Part shown: in pieces, positions 62,542 through 64,000 of the stretch | Numbering within the stretch: position 1 is the stretch's first letter | How the letters are laid out: each line of letters begins with the position of its first letter | Source of the DNA: Chrysemys picta bellii | Lineage: Eukaryota | DNA: 64,000 nt | Direction of reading: 5' to 3' | NCBI RefSeq assembly: GCF_011386835.1 | Contig: NC_088792.1 | Span: 44,454,001-44,518,000 of the forward strand | The notes under the pieces: generated by a model | Database searches by the model: none | Seen by the model: the letters and a program-made list of their open reading frames with translations, nothing else | What the model was told of the DNA's origin: nothing | Made by a program: the position numbers and the translations under genes

Positions 62542-63968
62542 ATAAGCTGCCCTGGCTGATGGTTAGATGATCTTTCAAGAGCCATTGACACTGTCTGTCT
62601 GAGGCTGTGGTTCTTGGTAGGAATGGGTAGGGTTGTTCTTGAATGGCTTTGATAATTCCTGGAAAGGAGGAAAGTTCATAGGCACTTGTTCATCGATACC
62701 TATAGGGTGCCATAGTATCCTCCTACTCTTAAACATACATAAAGGCTAGTGGGGGAAATCATATGAAACTATGATCTGAGATAACATCAGTATATGGATG
62801 GCAAAATGCACCACTATATGCAGCACTTTCAGTTCTATCATTATTGCCTGTTTCTTGGCTAGTAGACTGTTTTTTTGCCAGCCAACTTTTTTTCATTGGG
62901 ATTAAAGACAATTGGTTAAAACTCAATGCAGCAAAGACTAAATAATGCCCATTGGGGCATTATATAGTCTTTGCTGTATTGTGAGATGCTGCATTGTGAG
63001 GTGCTGATTGGTAGTGGTTGCCCCTTATTCATAAGTCAGGCTCTCAGTGGTGAAATGGCTGTGAAATTTGTTGTCATCCTTGATTGCTCTTTCAGCATAT
63101 ATGACTATGTTGTGACCATAGGCAATAGTCATGCTTGATAAGTCTGTCTTACCTGGAAAATCCAATAGTTTTTCCTGGGATGTAGATCTTGCCATAATCA
63201 TACATACTTTTGTCACAGCCAGCCTGGACTGCAGTTCTCCTGATTAGTCTTTCCTTGAAATTTATTCCAAGGCTACAACACTGGAGAACACAGGTGTTCA
63301 CTTGCTACTTGGAATATGCCCTCTGCAGACTACATTGGTTGCCAATATGCTAAAGCATCCTCATCAAAATAACTGACACCCTAGACAAAAGTGATCTCTA
63401 AATTTTACACAACCCCCTGAAATTACATTTCATGGTGGTTCTGTATCTTGTCTGACGGGTAGTTTTAAAGTTGTGTGTGTGTTTTTTAATCTCAGATGGA
63501 AACCAAAATATCTGTAACTGAAGTTTCACTAGAATAGCATCATCACCAACAGGTCAAATGAAAGAAAATAATTGGCATAAAATATTGATAAAAATTCTTA
63601 AAATAATTGGCGAGGCAGAATTAGGCTGTGACGGTTTGCCTTACCCTTGCTGGTGCAGAAAGGTACATTTTTGCAATAGGATGTGAGCTATTGTGTAGTT
63701 GTGATGGTGTCTGATACTGTAAGTGCTTTGTTCTGGAAGTTGCTGAACATCATCATCAAGCAATGGCAGCAATGGGTGCAGAGCACCTCACAGGATTGGA
63801 CACATTATTTTTGTTTTGTGACTGCATGTCCAACAGATTAGAGAGACTGAAATGAGAATGGCTGTTTGGCTGACTTATTTCATAAAGACCTCTGAACAGA
63901 TAGTAAAGTCTGTCAACTCCTGTCAAACTAGGCCAGATTTGAATAGTTGCTTAGAGGTGTCCCAAAAG

Positions 63969-64000
63969 CAGGGGTTCTCAACCTTTTTCTTTCCGAGGCC
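63969..64000. mobile_element. hAT element left end, runs off window
   Basis: CAGGGGTTCTCAACC start. Confidence 0.55.

Noticed and set aside
1-64000. CRISPR arrays, rRNA, operon-like or other prokaryotic systems
   Set aside because: None seen: the sequence is intron-containing vertebrate DNA, and the tandem repeats lack unique spacers.

Overview
Eukaryotic vertebrate DNA, very probably a turtle (inferred from my recognition of the repeat families), covering the SRI-STEAP4 locus with both genes on the minus strand. The complete STEAP4 metalloreductase gene is present. It has a putative non-coding exon 1 in a CpG island at about 60720-60845, a 25 kb first intron, and four coding exons (35249-35704, 32868-33395, 31785-31949, 29094-29363) that splice in phase 0 to 472 aa. 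SRI (sorcin) coding exon 1 (3007-3057) lies in a second CpG island; I did not find further SRI exons in the window. The rest is mostly transposon-derived: non-autonomous hAT elements with 8-bp target-site duplications (TSDs), solo LTRs, CR1 and RTE LINE remnants, SINEs, a near full-length decayed PIF/Harbinger (Myb/SANT plus transposase), and Penelope-like element ends carrying minimal hammerhead ribozymes. Most notable: (1) a young TSD-flanked Penelope-like insertion that is almost entirely a 198-bp inverted repeat, each arm containing a hammerhead motif, in STEAP4 intron 1; (2) an LTR whose two halves are in swapped order around a hAT insertion point; (3) a 5'-intact, 3'-truncated RTE fused to a Harbinger lacking its left end; (4) a TA-flanked 118-bp palindrome in SRI intron 1; (5) an NF-kB/STAT/CEBP motif cluster at the STEAP4 promoter. 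No CRISPR array, rRNA or true tRNA gene was seen. Repeat family names are by eye and need RepeatMasker/Dfam confirmation. Coordinates were counted by hand, and boundaries without TSDs are approximate.
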